The notes: generated from the sequence alone by a model not told the origin. Counted from the first letter of the stretch, positions 38,935 to 49,173 are shown. The stretch: DNA of 64,000 nt from an uncultured Myxococcales bacterium (GCA_964555245.1 CAZKRI010000051.1:57755-121754), one strand, 5' to 3'. Translations and numbers: made by a program.

Positions 38935-39444
38935 ATGATCCTCACGCACGATCGGATTCTAGCCGAGATTGCTGCGGGCCGGCTGGCCATCGAGCCGTAC
39001 GATGAATCCATGGTCGGGCCGGCCTCCGTCGATCTCCACCTGGGCGATGAAGTGCGCGTGCTCGACCGCGAGCACCGTGAGATCGATGTCCGCGACGACA
39101 CCGACTACCGGTGCTTCTCGCAGGTGACCCGGCTCGACCAGCCGCTGGCGCTGGCCAGCGGTGAGACCGTGCTCGGCATCACTCGAGAGCGGCTGCGCCT
39201 GCCGCCCGACATCTGCGGGTGGCTCGAGGGCCGCTCGCGCTTTGCGCGCTTGGGTCTGACCGTACACGTGACGGCGGGTTTCGTGAGCCCGGGCGTGGAC
39301 AACCGGCAGGTGCTCGAGATCTCCAATCTTTCCGGCCGTACGTTGCGCGTGCACCCGGGGACGCGGATCTGCCAGATCGTTCTTCAGAGAACCGAGGGCT
39401 CGGCCGTCTACCGCGGCCGCTTCGCCGATCAGAACAATCTCTGA
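38935..39444 (+). CDS. dcd: dCTP deaminase
   Basis: PASVDLHLG, EGRSRFARLG, TAGFVSPG and RICQIV motifs. Confidence 0.9.
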   Translation: MILTHDRILAEIAAGRLAIEPYDESMVGPASVDLHLGDEVRVLDREHREIDVRDDTDYRCFSQVTRLDQPLALASGETVLGITRERLRLPPDICGWLEGRSRFARLGLTVHVTAGFVSPGVDNRQVLEISNLSGRTLRVHPGTRICQIVLQRTEGSAVYRGRFADQNNL

Positions 39445-39451
39445 ACGTGGG

Positions 39452-40012
39452 CTAGTGAACGCCGCTGGCGGGGACGAGCGACTGCGGCTCGATGCCGATC
39501 CGGCGCACGGCGGCTTCCCACAGCTCATCCGACGGGGTGTTGAAGACCAGGTCCGCGGTGACGTCGCTGTTGACCCACGCCCCCTCGCGCAGCTCGCCTT
39601 CCAGTTGCTCGGGTCCCCAGCCGGCATACCCCAAGACCAGACGGACGCGTCCCGGCGGGTGCTCGCTGAGTGAGCGCAGGACCGAGGGAGCCGAAGAGAG
39701 CAGCAGACCGGGGGCGACCTCGCTCGTGGTCTCGTTGACCAGTCCCGTCACCGGCTCGTGCAGGATCCACCCGCTCTCGGGTTGAACCGGCCCGCCCCAC
39801 CAGGCCACGGCCTCGGGGTTGCCGCGCCAGCGGATCGCGAGCGGGGCGAGCAGCTCGGAAAGGCGGTTCTTGCTCGGTCGGTTGACGATCAGGCCGAAGG
39901 ATCCTTCCGATTGGTGCTCGATCATCAGAACCACGCTGCGGTGGAAATTCGGGTCGGCGAGCTGGGGCATCGCGATGAGCAATCCGGGGGCAACCCTCAG
40001 CTCCGCGACCAT
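39452..40012 (-). CDS. YqgE/AlgH (UPF0301) family protein
   Basis: LIAMPQLADPNF, GLIVNRP, GGPV and LGYAGWGPEQLEGE motifs. Confidence 0.92.
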   Translation of the reverse strand: MVAELRVAPGLLIAMPQLADPNFHRSVVLMIEHQSEGSFGLIVNRPSKNRLSELLAPLAIRWRGNPEAVAWWGGPVQPESGWILHEPVTGLVNETTSEVAPGLLLSSAPSVLRSLSEHPPGRVRLVLGYAGWGPEQLEGELREGAWVNSDVTADLVFNTPSDELWEAAVRRIGIEPQSLVPASGVH

Positions 40013-40138
40013 GGAATCATCTGTAGCCGCGCTACGGCGGCTGGGCAAGATGAACCCGCATTGCCACGGCGCTGCCGTGCGGATTAGGGTGACGCAGGCC
40101 GTCACGGGACGGACCCCTATATAAGAAGGAGAGTGACC

Positions 40139-41107
40139 ATGGAGTTTGGCGTGTTGGTGCCGCAAGGCTGGCGACTGGAACTATCGGGGGTCACCGGCGC
40201 GCGTGCGAAATGGGACGTCGTCAAGCGCGTGAGCGCGTTACTCGACCAGGCGGGCTGGGACTCTTTGTGGGTCTACGACCACTTTCACACGTTTCCGCGT
40301 AAAGAGGTGGAGGCGACCTTCGAGGCATGGATGATGATGGCCTCGCTCGCCGAGATTACGGCTCGCGCGCGCCTGGGACAGTTCGTTACCTGCGTGCAGT
40401 ACCGGCCGCCGGCCTATCTCGCCAAGATTGCCGCATGCGTCGACGTCGCCTCAGGCGGCCGTCTCAACGTTGGGCTCGGCTCGGGCTGGTTCGAGGAGGA
40501 GTTCAACGCGTTCGGCTACGACTTCAGGACGGTTGGCGGCCGGCTGCGGCGGTTGGAGGAGGCGATCGAAGTCTTGACGAGAATGTGGTCGGACGATCGC
40601 GCGAATTACGAGGGACGGCACTTTCGGCTGGTCGACGCGATCTGCGAGCCCAAGCCGCTGCAGAGACCGAGGCCGCCGATATGGATCGGCGGAAGGGGAC
40701 GTAAGGTCATGCTGCGGCTGGTAGCCAAGTACGCAGACGTCTGGAACTACAACGGCTCGCTCGAGGAGTTCGACGAGACCGTCGAAGTGCTCAAGGGTCA
40801 CTGCCGGGAGGTCGGGCGGGACTTCGACCAGATCCGGCTGACCGCTATGTCGGGGGGCATCTGCTACGACGACGAAGAAGAGCTGGAGGAGTTCTTCAAC
40901 CGCATCGCACCCCAAGGGCTCCCGCGCGAGCGCCTGCTCAAGGTGGTCAGTTGCAAGGGAAGCCGAGAGCAGTGCGGTGAATACCTGAGCAAGTGGAAGC
41001 GCAAGGGTTGCGACGGCCTGGTCTTCTTCTTCAACGACATTGCCAGCTTCGGCGACGGCCATAGCCAGGCCGAGATCTTCAAGCGCGATATTCTGCCTCA
41101 GCTCTGA
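40139..41107 (+). CDS. LLM class F420-dependent oxidoreductase
   Basis: DHFH, SGGRLNVGLGSGWFEEE and PPIWIGG motifs. Confidence 0.9.
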   Translation: MEFGVLVPQGWRLELSGVTGARAKWDVVKRVSALLDQAGWDSLWVYDHFHTFPRKEVEATFEAWMMMASLAEITARARLGQFVTCVQYRPPAYLAKIAACVDVASGGRLNVGLGSGWFEEEFNAFGYDFRTVGGRLRRLEEAIEVLTRMWSDDRANYEGRHFRLVDAICEPKPLQRPRPPIWIGGRGRKVMLRLVAKYADVWNYNGSLEEFDETVEVLKGHCREVGRDFDQIRLTAMSGGICYDDEEELEEFFNRIAPQGLPRERLLKVVSCKGSREQCGEYLSKWKRKGCDGLVFFFNDIASFGDGHSQAEIFKRDILPQL

Positions 41108-42569
41108 CCGCCGGCACGCAGCGCGCACCGAGCTGCGTGAAGATCGCCTGGGCCGCCTCCTCCGCGCTGTGGATGCAGTCGGGGATGCCGCTGCCCCGGT
41201 AAGCCGCCCCGGCGAGGAACAAGCCCGGGTGCGCGCGCAGCTCGGCCTCGATCCGGGCGATGCGCTCCAAGTGCCCGACGTGATACTGCGGCATCGAGCG
41301 AGGCAGTCGCGTGATCAGTACGTCGCGCGGCCGGCCGCGGACGGCCAGCAGATCGCGCAGATCGGCAAGGACGGCCTTCACCACGGCCGTGTCGTCCAGG
41401 TCGAGGGCGTGAGGTGCGAGCGCGCCGCCTACGAAAGCGCGTAGCAGGACGCTGCCCTCGGGCGCCCGGCCCTCGTACTTGATGCTGCTGAACGAGCAAC
41501 CGATCGTGACCCGGCCTTCTACGGCTGGCACGACGAAGCCGAAGCCGTCCAATGCATGCCCGATCGCCGCGCGGTCGAAGACCAGATTGACCGTGACGGA
41601 AGACGCGTACGGAATCGCGCTCAGCTCGCCGGAGAGCCCGGGCGCGGTCTCGCCGAGCATCGCCGCGGCGGCGAACGCAGGCGCGGTCACGCAGACCGCG
41701 TCCGCGCGCACGGAACGCTGCGCCGTATCGACTCGCCAACCCTCCGCCGTGCGAACGATGCGGGTCACGGGACAGCGCAGCTTCAGGACTCCGGCCGGCA
41801 AGCGTTCGCGTAACCGTTGGGGCAGCTCTTCCATCCCGTCTCGAAGCGAAGCGAACAGGTCGTAGCGCGGTCCGGACGCCGAGCCCACGGCCTCGCTACC
41901 GCGGCGCGCGGCGATCATGGCTCGGATCAAGCTCCCGTGACGCTGCTCCATCTCGATGAAGCGCGGCATGGTCGCACTCAGGCTCAGCCGCTCGGGGTCG
42001 GCCGTGTAAATGCCGCCGACCATGGGCTGCGCGATCCGCTCGAGCGCCTCGCGGCCCAGCCGGCGGCGGACGAAGCTGGCCAGGCTCTCATCACCTGGAT
42101 CGGTGCGTGGCGGGATGACGAGATCGGCGGCGAGCCGCAGCTTGCCGAGCGGCGAGAGCAGGCCCGAGATGAGGAACGGCCACAAGCGCGAGGGCGCCAT
42201 GAGATGAAAGCCCTCGGGCACCCGGCAGAGCCTCCCGCCGCGGGCGATGAAGCTGCCACGAAAACCGGCACGGGTGGGAATCACCCGGCTCTCCGCGCCC
42301 AGCTCGCGGCAGAGCGCGATGCCCCAGGGCTTCTCGGTGACGATCGAATCGGCGCCGCGCTCCATCGTGAAGCCGTCGCGGTGCACCGTCTCGATCGAGC
42401 CTCCGGCGCGCTCGCCGGCCTCCAACAGGCTCAGCTGCAAAGCCCGGCCTGCTTGCGAGGCGAGCTGCTCGAGCCGATACGCGGTGGCCAAGCCTGTGAT
42501 GCCGGCCCCGACGATCGCCACGTGTACGGCGTCGGTCCCGGTGGCTGGCGGCGCGGGGCTATTTTTCAA
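41079..42569 (-). CDS. hemG: HemY-type protoporphyrinogen/coproporphyrinogen oxidase
   Basis: GAGITGL, RAGGSI, GGIYTADPERLS, MPQYHVGH and GSGIPDCI motifs. Confidence 0.92.
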   Translation of the reverse strand: MKNSPAPPATGTDAVHVAIVGAGITGLATAYRLEQLASQAGRALQLSLLEAGERAGGSIETVHRDGFTMERGADSIVTEKPWGIALCRELGAESRVIPTRAGFRGSFIARGGRLCRVPEGFHLMAPSRLWPFLISGLLSPLGKLRLAADLVIPPRTDPGDESLASFVRRRLGREALERIAQPMVGGIYTADPERLSLSATMPRFIEMEQRHGSLIRAMIAARRGSEAVGSASGPRYDLFASLRDGMEELPQRLRERLPAGVLKLRCPVTRIVRTAEGWRVDTAQRSVRADAVCVTAPAFAAAAMLGETAPGLSGELSAIPYASSVTVNLVFDRAAIGHALDGFGFVVPAVEGRVTIGCSFSSIKYEGRAPEGSVLLRAFVGGALAPHALDLDDTAVVKAVLADLRDLLAVRGRPRDVLITRLPRSMPQYHVGHLERIARIEAELRAHPGLFLAGAAYRGSGIPDCIHSAEEAAQAIFTQLGARCVPAVRAEAEYRA

Positions 42570-42975
42570 GCAGGCCCTTGCCCGGCACGTAGTTCATTTC
42601 CAGGCGAATGCCGTCGGGATCCTCGAACAGCACTGAGTAGTAGCCGGGGGCCCACGCCGCTTCCTCGGGCGGGTGAATGATCTTGGCGCCCATCTCGTGC
42701 AGCAGGTCGTGGAATGCGTCGATGTCCTCGCGAGAGCGCGCGCGGAAGCAGACATGGTGCAGGCCCACACGGAACTGGACGAAGCTCTCATCGCGGTAGC
42801 GTTCCTCGGCGCGCATGATGCCGAGCGCAGTGCGACCGCCCACGCAGTAGAGCCACCCGTCGGTGTCGATCACGGGCTTGAGGCCCATGAACTCCAGGAT
42901 GCGCGCGTAGAACGGCCGGCAAGCTTCAAAGTTGCTCACCGTCAGCATGACGTGGGCGATGCCGTTGATCTCCAT
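42559..42975 (-). CDS. VOC/glyoxalase family protein
   Basis: IAHVML, GLHHVCF and FEDPDGIRLE motifs. Confidence 0.9.
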   Translation of the reverse strand: MEINGIAHVMLTVSNFEACRPFYARILEFMGLKPVIDTDGWLYCVGGRTALGIMRAEERYRDESFVQFRVGLHHVCFRARSREDIDAFHDLLHEMGAKIIHPPEEAAWAPGYYSVLFEDPDGIRLEMNYVPGKGLLEK

Positions 42976-43005
42976 GACGACGCTCCCTTGCGTCCGGCGC
43001 GGCGA

Positions 43006-45000
43006 CTACGGCCGGGCGCTCAGCTCGTGAACTGCATCCACCAGCGCGACGACATGGTCGACCGGGGTCGCCGGCAGCACACCGTGACCGAGATTGAAAA
43101 TGTGTCCCGGGCGCCCGCCGACCTCGTCCAGGATCCGTTTCGCGGCCGTGCGGATGAACGAAGGCTCGGCGAACAAGGCCACAGGGTCGAGATTGCCCTG
43201 CACGGTCAGGCCAGGATAGCGCGCGAATACATCGCCGATCTGAACGCGATGATCCACACCGAGGATGCGCGCGCCGGCGGCCACCTGGTGCTCGAGCAGA
43301 GTCGCCGTGTCGGTGCCGAAGTGAATCAGCGGCACCTCGCCCGGCAGGGCTTCGACGATCTTGCGCATGTGAGGCAGGACGTAGCGGTCGTAGTCGGCCG
43401 GTGAGAGGCAGCCGACCCAGCTGTCGAAGAGCTGGAGCGCCTGGCACCCGGCCTCGATCTGGCCGCGTAGATAGTCCGCGACGGCATCCGCGACCAGCGA
43501 CATCATCGCGTGCCAGGCTCCCTCGTCCGTGTACATCAGAGTCTTGGTCGCCGTGTAGTTGCGCGAGGATCCGCCCTCGACGATGTAGGAGGCCAAGGTG
43601 AACGGAGCGCCGCTGAAACCGATGAGGGGAATATCTGCGGCGAGCTCGGCCCGGGTCTTCCGCACTGCCTCGAATACGTAAGCGAGAGATTCACGCACGT
43701 CCACGCGCCGCAGCCGATCGACATCGGTGCCGCTTCGCACCACTCGGCTGATCGCCGGGCCTTCTCGGGCTGTGTACTCCAGCCCGAGGCCCATGGGCTC
43801 GAGTAACAATAGAATGTCCGAGAACAGGATGGCCGCGTCCGCCCCGATGCGTTGCTGGGCGGTCACCGCGATCTCGGCGGCCAGCTCCGGGTTCTTGCAC
43901 AGCTCGATGAAGGGCACGCGCGCGCGGACCTCGCGGTACTCCTGCATGTAGCGACCGGCCTGACGCATCAGCCAGACCGGGGTGTAGTCGACCGGCTCTC
44001 CACGACACGCCTTGAGGAAGACGCAGTCCTCCAGCCGGGTCCGCTTCGCGCGAGCCGGTTTGGCTCCAGCCGATTGCGTGACCGAGCCTCGCGCGCGGCG
44101 TTGCGCCGAGCGCTTGGCCGCCAGGAGCGTGCCCGAACGTTCCGCTGCGGCGCGCACCAGATGACCGAGCTTCGTATGCTCGGGTTCCAGATCGACCGCG
44201 ATCGACAGCTCGGCGAGCGTCTCACTGCACACCGGCCCGATGGATGCCACGACGACTTCCTCGAGCGCAGTGCGCAACGTCTCCTGAGCCCCCTGCTCCG
44301 TGGCCTGCTGCAAGAGATGCCGGACCTGGATCGCGCTCGTGAACAGCACGACGTCCACCGTGCGCGCCAGTAGCTGCCGGATCGCATCGGCCAGCGGCCG
44401 GCGATCCTCGGGCAGCGCCCAGCGGTAGACCGGCACCGCATCGACCTCCGCGCCGCGCGCGCGCAACCCCTCGATCAGGCGCGGATTGCTCTCGCCGTAC
44501 TCTTGAACGGCGACCCGCGCGCCTTGCAGCTCGACGCCGCGGCTGCTCTCGGCGGTGGCCGCGAGCAACTCACGCCAGGTATTGGGCTCGGGAACCGCCA
44601 CGGCGATCGGCACGCCCAACTCGCGTAGAACCGCGACTGGCTTGGGACCGCGCGCAACCACCGTCGTCTTCGACAGCGCGGCGACGAGGCTCGTGCGGTC
44701 GTAGTGCGTTTCCATCGCTTCGAAGAGATGGCGCGTGCCGACGCCGGTCAGGAAGATGACGGTGTCGTACTTGCCGCCCAGCAATCCTTCCGCGAAGGCC
44801 AGCGCCTGCGGGTTCTCGCCGATGGGGATCTCGCGCATCGACGGAGCCGAGATCGGTACTCCGCCGGCTTTCTCGATCAGTCGCGCGGTTTCGGTCGCGA
44901 GCCGGCTCTCGAATGCCACGACCCGCAGCCCGCCGAAGTCGACGGCATCCTTGGTCGGCGTGCTCTTGATGTCGGCATCCGTCACGGTCGCGGCGAGCAT
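43006..45000 (-). CDS. hemE: Fusion: uroporphyrinogen-III synthase (HemD) + uroporphyrinogen decarboxylase (HemE)
   Basis: N-half: FESRLA, FLTGVG, ARGPKP, PEPNTW, YRWALP, FTSAIQV, IGPVCS; C-half: WLMRQAGRY, FSDIL, QLFDSW, QGNLDP, FNLGHG; one uninterrupted 664-aa ORF. Confidence 0.9.
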   Translation of the reverse strand: MLAATVTDADIKSTPTKDAVDFGGLRVVAFESRLATETARLIEKAGGVPISAPSMREIPIGENPQALAFAEGLLGGKYDTVIFLTGVGTRHLFEAMETHYDRTSLVAALSKTTVVARGPKPVAVLRELGVPIAVAVPEPNTWRELLAATAESSRGVELQGARVAVQEYGESNPRLIEGLRARGAEVDAVPVYRWALPEDRRPLADAIRQLLARTVDVVLFTSAIQVRHLLQQATEQGAQETLRTALEEVVVASIGPVCSETLAELSIAVDLEPEHTKLGHLVRAAAERSGTLLAAKRSAQRRARGSVTQSAGAKPARAKRTRLEDCVFLKACRGEPVDYTPVWLMRQAGRYMQEYREVRARVPFIELCKNPELAAEIAVTAQQRIGADAAILFSDILLLLEPMGLGLEYTAREGPAISRVVRSGTDVDRLRRVDVRESLAYVFEAVRKTRAELAADIPLIGFSGAPFTLASYIVEGGSSRNYTATKTLMYTDEGAWHAMMSLVADAVADYLRGQIEAGCQALQLFDSWVGCLSPADYDRYVLPHMRKIVEALPGEVPLIHFGTDTATLLEHQVAAGARILGVDHRVQIGDVFARYPGLTVQGNLDPVALFAEPSFIRTAAKRILDEVGGRPGHIFNLGHGVLPATPVDHVVALVDAVHELSARP

Positions 45001-45125
45001 AGGCGGGACAGAGCCGACAGGCTAGCTGGCGGGGCTTCTGACTCCGCCTACTACTTCAGCGGCTTACGAAGAGTGATCCTTGGCTCCCTTGCCCTGGCGG
45101 GCGTGAATGAGCATGGGCCCGGTAT

Positions 45126-45209
45126 GACGTCGCAGATCCGTAGTCGAGAGACCTCAGAGGCCCGCAGCCTTGCGGCGTAAGTCGTCAGGGCGACGGCTCG
45201 GTGCTTGAG
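45126..45209 (-). pseudogene. Tyrosine recombinase remnant
   Basis: LKHRAVALTTYAARLRASEVSRLRICDV matches the box-I (GLRxSE) region. Confidence 0.6.
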
Positions 45210-45377
45210 GGTGGTGATGGCGGCGCCCTTTGCTGAGTCGTCGGTGTCCGACTGTCGGAGGTTGTCCGCTAAGCGCCTCTCGGAAGGTTCGTGATGCTTT
45301 TCTCGCAACCTACGCTGTCTCCAGCGGATGGGAATGCCGGGGATCGCGACGATCGGGTATAGGCCAACGGTACGCCG

Positions 45378-45597
45378 GCGTCGCGAGGGTGCCCTCAGTG
45401 CGGAGCACGCGAAACAACTGCAGCATGCGATCCTGGCCGATCTGGAAGCTGGGTTCTTCCAGGGCATCGATCTGACACGGGACATCCACCGCCGGGCCGA
45501 GCGTTTTCTGCTCACACTTCCCGTCGCACTGCGTGCGGCAGATGCGCTCCACCTTGCGCTCGCCGTCGAAGCGGGCATCGCGACGGACTCGCGTTGA
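45378..45597 (+). pseudogene. PIN/VapC toxin C-terminal remnant
   Basis: RREGALS...LRAADALHLALA; N-terminus absent. Confidence 0.6.
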
Positions 45598-45796
45598 CTC
45601 CGCCAAACTCCGCGAAGCTATCGGTCACCGTTCGGGAGGCGAGATTCCACGGCTATCCCGCACGGCGGGGGCAAGGCGCTTCAGCCGGCGCAGCGCACGA
45701 GTTCATGACAGCGATGGTGTCGGCGCCGACTTCCCGGCTCGGGTTACACGCCCGTGTGGCCGGCGGTCTTGAAGGAGGGTGGCGACATCCCTGTTC

Positions 45797-45914
45797 GCGT
45801 TGGATCCGGTGGTACAACACCGAGCGGCCGCGTCAGGCGCTCGGCTACAAGAGCCCGGTCGAGTACCGGGGAGAACAAGTGGCTTCAGTGACTTGAGTCA
45901 GGCGGAGCATTACA
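45797..45914 (+). mobile_element. IS3-family right-end remnant (integrase-core C-terminus + terminal ...CATTACA)
   Basis: WIRWYNTERPRQALGYKSPVEY followed by GGAGCATTACA ending in CA. Confidence 0.7.
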
Positions 45915-46150
45915 GGATCTCGCCGCCCGCATCGATGCGCCGATGAGGCGCAGTGGATATTCGTACCGGCGTTAGCCGCGGCTGCCGTAGGCACAGTCCA
46001 CAAACGGCATTTCCCCGACTATTCCCGGCTCGGCCAGGGGCCGCCGTACATTCTTGTTCAGCGCGCGCGCTTCGGGTAGTGGTAGCCCACTGTAGTGCAC
46101 CCGCCGGTGCACGCCGCCGACCGATCTAGAACAATCCGGGGGTCCAGAGC

Positions 46151-47645
46151 ATGCGCGTACGTCGAAATCTGCTCGTTGCGGCCGTAGCAGCAGCCGTTAC
46201 CATCGGCAGTCATCTTTCATTCGTCGATACATTCGACGAATCGGTTGCCGTGGTTTTCGAACTCCTCGTCCCGTCGGCACATGCGCGGGACGACGACCGA
46301 GACAGCGCCGGTGACCGTGACAGCGATAGCGACGATCAGCCGGATCCACCAGAGGATGAACGAGAGGCACTCATAGCTAAAGGAGAGCGGTTGTTCTTCG
46401 AGGAAACCTTTGGCGGCAACGGCCGCACCTGCGGAACCTGCCACCGGCGCGAGAACAATTTCACTATCGACCCGGTTTTCATCGCGACACTGCCGCCTGA
46501 CGACCCGCTGTTCATCGCCGAGACCAACCCCGAGCTGGCGGGGCTCGAGATTCCCATCTTGATGCGCCGGTTCGGGCTCATACTGGAGAACGTCGACGGC
46601 ACGCAGGATCCGACGAACAAGTTCACGATGCGCAGCGTTCCGCACACGCTGGCGCTGTCGACTTCCATCGGATCAGCGTCTACGGAGGCTCCTCTCCAGA
46701 ACACCGGATGGTCGGGGGACGGCGCGCCCGGAGATGGTACGCTCCGGGAGTTTGCCACCGGCGCGGTCGTACAACACTTCACGCGAACCTTGGAGCGGAT
46801 CCCAGGACGCGACTTCCGGCTCCCGACCCCAGCCGAGCTCGAGGCGCTCGAAGCGTTCCAGGCGAAACGAGGATCTCGACCTCACGCAGCTGAGACTACG
46901 GGGGACGGTCGCACAAAGCGGTCTCGAGATATTCACCGGCAACGTCGGCAAGTGTAACACCTGCCACGTCAACGCCGGCGCGAACTTCCGTCTGGCGCCG
47001 GATGAGAATCGCAACTTCGATACCGGCGTGGAAGATATCGTTGATCAGCCCGCTCGCCTGGTGATGGATTTTCCGTTCGACGGCGGTTTGGGAACCGATC
47101 CGGACGGCGGACGACTGGACATTCCCAATGCGGACGGCAGCTTCGGTGATGAAACGTTCAATTCTCCACCCCTCGTCGAAGCCGCGGACACCGCGCCGTT
47201 CTTTCACAACAACGCCATCGGGACCCTCGAAGAAGCTGTCGCATTCTACAACAGCGATGCGTTCAATAACTCGCCGGCTGCCGTGCGTGCGGGCCCGATT
47301 CGGATGCAACCGACTGAGGTGGAAGCCGTCGCGGCATTCCTGCGCGTGCTGAACGCACTCGAGAACATTCGCCAGGCTTCCGATCTCGAGGAGCGCGCAC
47401 TGGCGGCGTGGAATTGGAGCCGGCAGCGCGATCTCGTCGATGGTCGTCTACGGCAAGCGTACGAAGAGACCGGGGACGCAGTGCGGGTTCTGCGCGAGGC
47501 GGGGTTACACTCAGATGCCGTACAGCGGCTCGTGCTGGCGCAGCGCTTCCTGAAGACCGCGCTGCACAAGCGTTCGACCCTACTGGTGCGCGCTGCGCTA
47601 CGCGCGCAAGCAGAAGCGCGCGCCCTGCTGGTCGACGAGACCTGA
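46151..47645 (+). pseudogene. Secreted di-heme cytochrome c (bCcP/MauG superfamily-like), frameshift at ~46861
   Basis: Signal peptide, CGTCH and CNTCH heme motifs, TAPFFHNN; split across two frames. Confidence 0.75.
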
Positions 47646-47760
47646 TAAGATTCACGGCAGCTGGCAAGCCGCCCAGAGAAAACCGGTTGCCTGAAGAGCG
47701 CCGGTTCACATAACCTCCAGACCAAGACGTTCGGAAACCGCCCCTATGATGCCTATCCGC

Positions 47761-47843
47761 ACGGCGAGCACGCGGATTCGGCCGCCGCAGCGGGAGCAGT
47801 TCAGAACGTCCAGCGCGGACACGCGCCGCATGGGCTCTGCCCA
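47761..47843 (-). mobile_element. IS91-like (Y2) transposase C-terminal remnant
   Basis: WAEPMRRVSALDVLNCSRCGGRIRVLAV. Confidence 0.65.
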
Positions 47844-47962
47844 CTGGGCCGCCGTGGCTGGGAGCGGGATCGGTCCTTGGGTACAGGTCGACGCGATTAC
47901 GTGCACGCCGAGCCCCCTCTCCGTGGCAGCGGTGTCGCCATTGTTTCGGTAAGAATGGCGGC

Positions 47963-48728
47963 ATGTTCGCCAGGCAGGTGCGGATCCCCCGCGACCACAG
48001 CTTTTTCCTGTCCGGGCCGCGCGGGACCGGAAAGTCCACGCTCCTGAAACACGTTTTTCCGAGCGCGCTCTACATCGATCTGCTCGATGTCTCCGTTTAC
48101 ACGGAGCTGCTCACCCATCCCGACCGTCTCGAAGCCCGCGCGCTCCCGGCGCGGTGGTGTAAACCTCCTCGCTGGACGCGCGCGTACGGTGGCGATGAAT
48201 CCGCTGACGGCGGCGGAACTGGGCGAGTGCTTCGATCTGACCCATTCGGTTCGCTACGGGCAGCTCCCGAGCGTGTACGTCGAGAAGGATCCCAAGGAGT
48301 ATCTCGCGAGCAAGACCGTCGAAGGCTACTTCGATCTACTCGACGACCTCCTCCTCTCCGCGCGCCTTCCGGTGTTCACGCGCAGGGCGAAGCGTCCCAT
48401 GACGACGCATCGGAAATTCTTCTTCTTCGACGCCGGTGTGTATCGCGCCCTTCGTCCCAAAGGTCCGCTCGACTCCGCCGAGGAAATCGACGGACCTGCG
48501 GTCGAGACGCTCGTGCTCTACGACGAGCGCGGACTCCTGGCTTTCGAGGTCAAGCGTTCTTCACGCTATCGTGACTCCGACCTGGCGACGCTTCGACATT
48601 TTCGGGCGGACTACCCGATGGCCCGTTGTTTCCTTCTCTACGGAGGCAAGGACGAGTACGAGGTAGATCGGATCCGGATTGTTCCCCTGAGCAAAGCGCT
48701 CCCGCGGCTCGGAACGATCTTGAGCTGA
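47963..48728 (+). pseudogene. AAA_14/DUF4143 ATPase with internal deletions
   Basis: GPRGTGKS, NLLAGRA, KFFFFDAG and FEVK motifs present; Walker B and other blocks absent; frameshift at ~48148. Confidence 0.75.
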
Positions 48729-48764
48729 CGAGCCCGGTATCGTCTTCTCCGATGATGAGCACCA

Positions 48765-49060
48765 CGTGGGAGATCCGATCCCACGACGAACGCCCGGAGC
48801 GGGGCGGGAAGACCGCGAAGCCTACGGGTTTCGCGGACCAGCGCAGTCATCAACTCCTCGACGTCTGGACCGGCATGGATGGAGCCACCGTCCCACAGCA
48901 CGATGATGTGGCCGCGCAGATGGCGGTGCAGCAGTCGCAGGAACAGCACAACCTCGACGTGAGTGACGTTGCCGAGGTGGAACTGCCCGTACAGTGCGCA
49001 GCGCCGACGATGCGGGCTGATGCTGAGGGCGGAGGTCGTCACCGTCCAAGGTCGCCCAGC
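48765..49060 (-). mobile_element. IS630-family transposase remnant
   Basis: LSISPHRRRCALY...FLRLLHRHLRGHIIVLWDGGSIH. Confidence 0.65.
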
Positions 49061-49173
49061 TCGGTCACCGCCTGGCCGAAGCTCAGCGCGACTGCGCGCG
49101 GACATACGCTTCTTCATGAGCGCTACGGCATTGCACCGCATCGGCGTTCAGTAAAAGTCTCGGGTGCGATAGG

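Noticed and set aside
46095-46112. GTGCACC-CGCC-GGTGCAC palindrome upstream of the di-heme gene as an NtrC site
   Set aside because: Spacing is N6 rather than N7, the core is GC-rich and no sigma54 promoter was found
47735-47760. ...CCTATGATGCCTATCCGC as an IS91 oriIS end
   Set aside because: Only a weak resemblance from memory; cannot be supported without an ISfinder alignment
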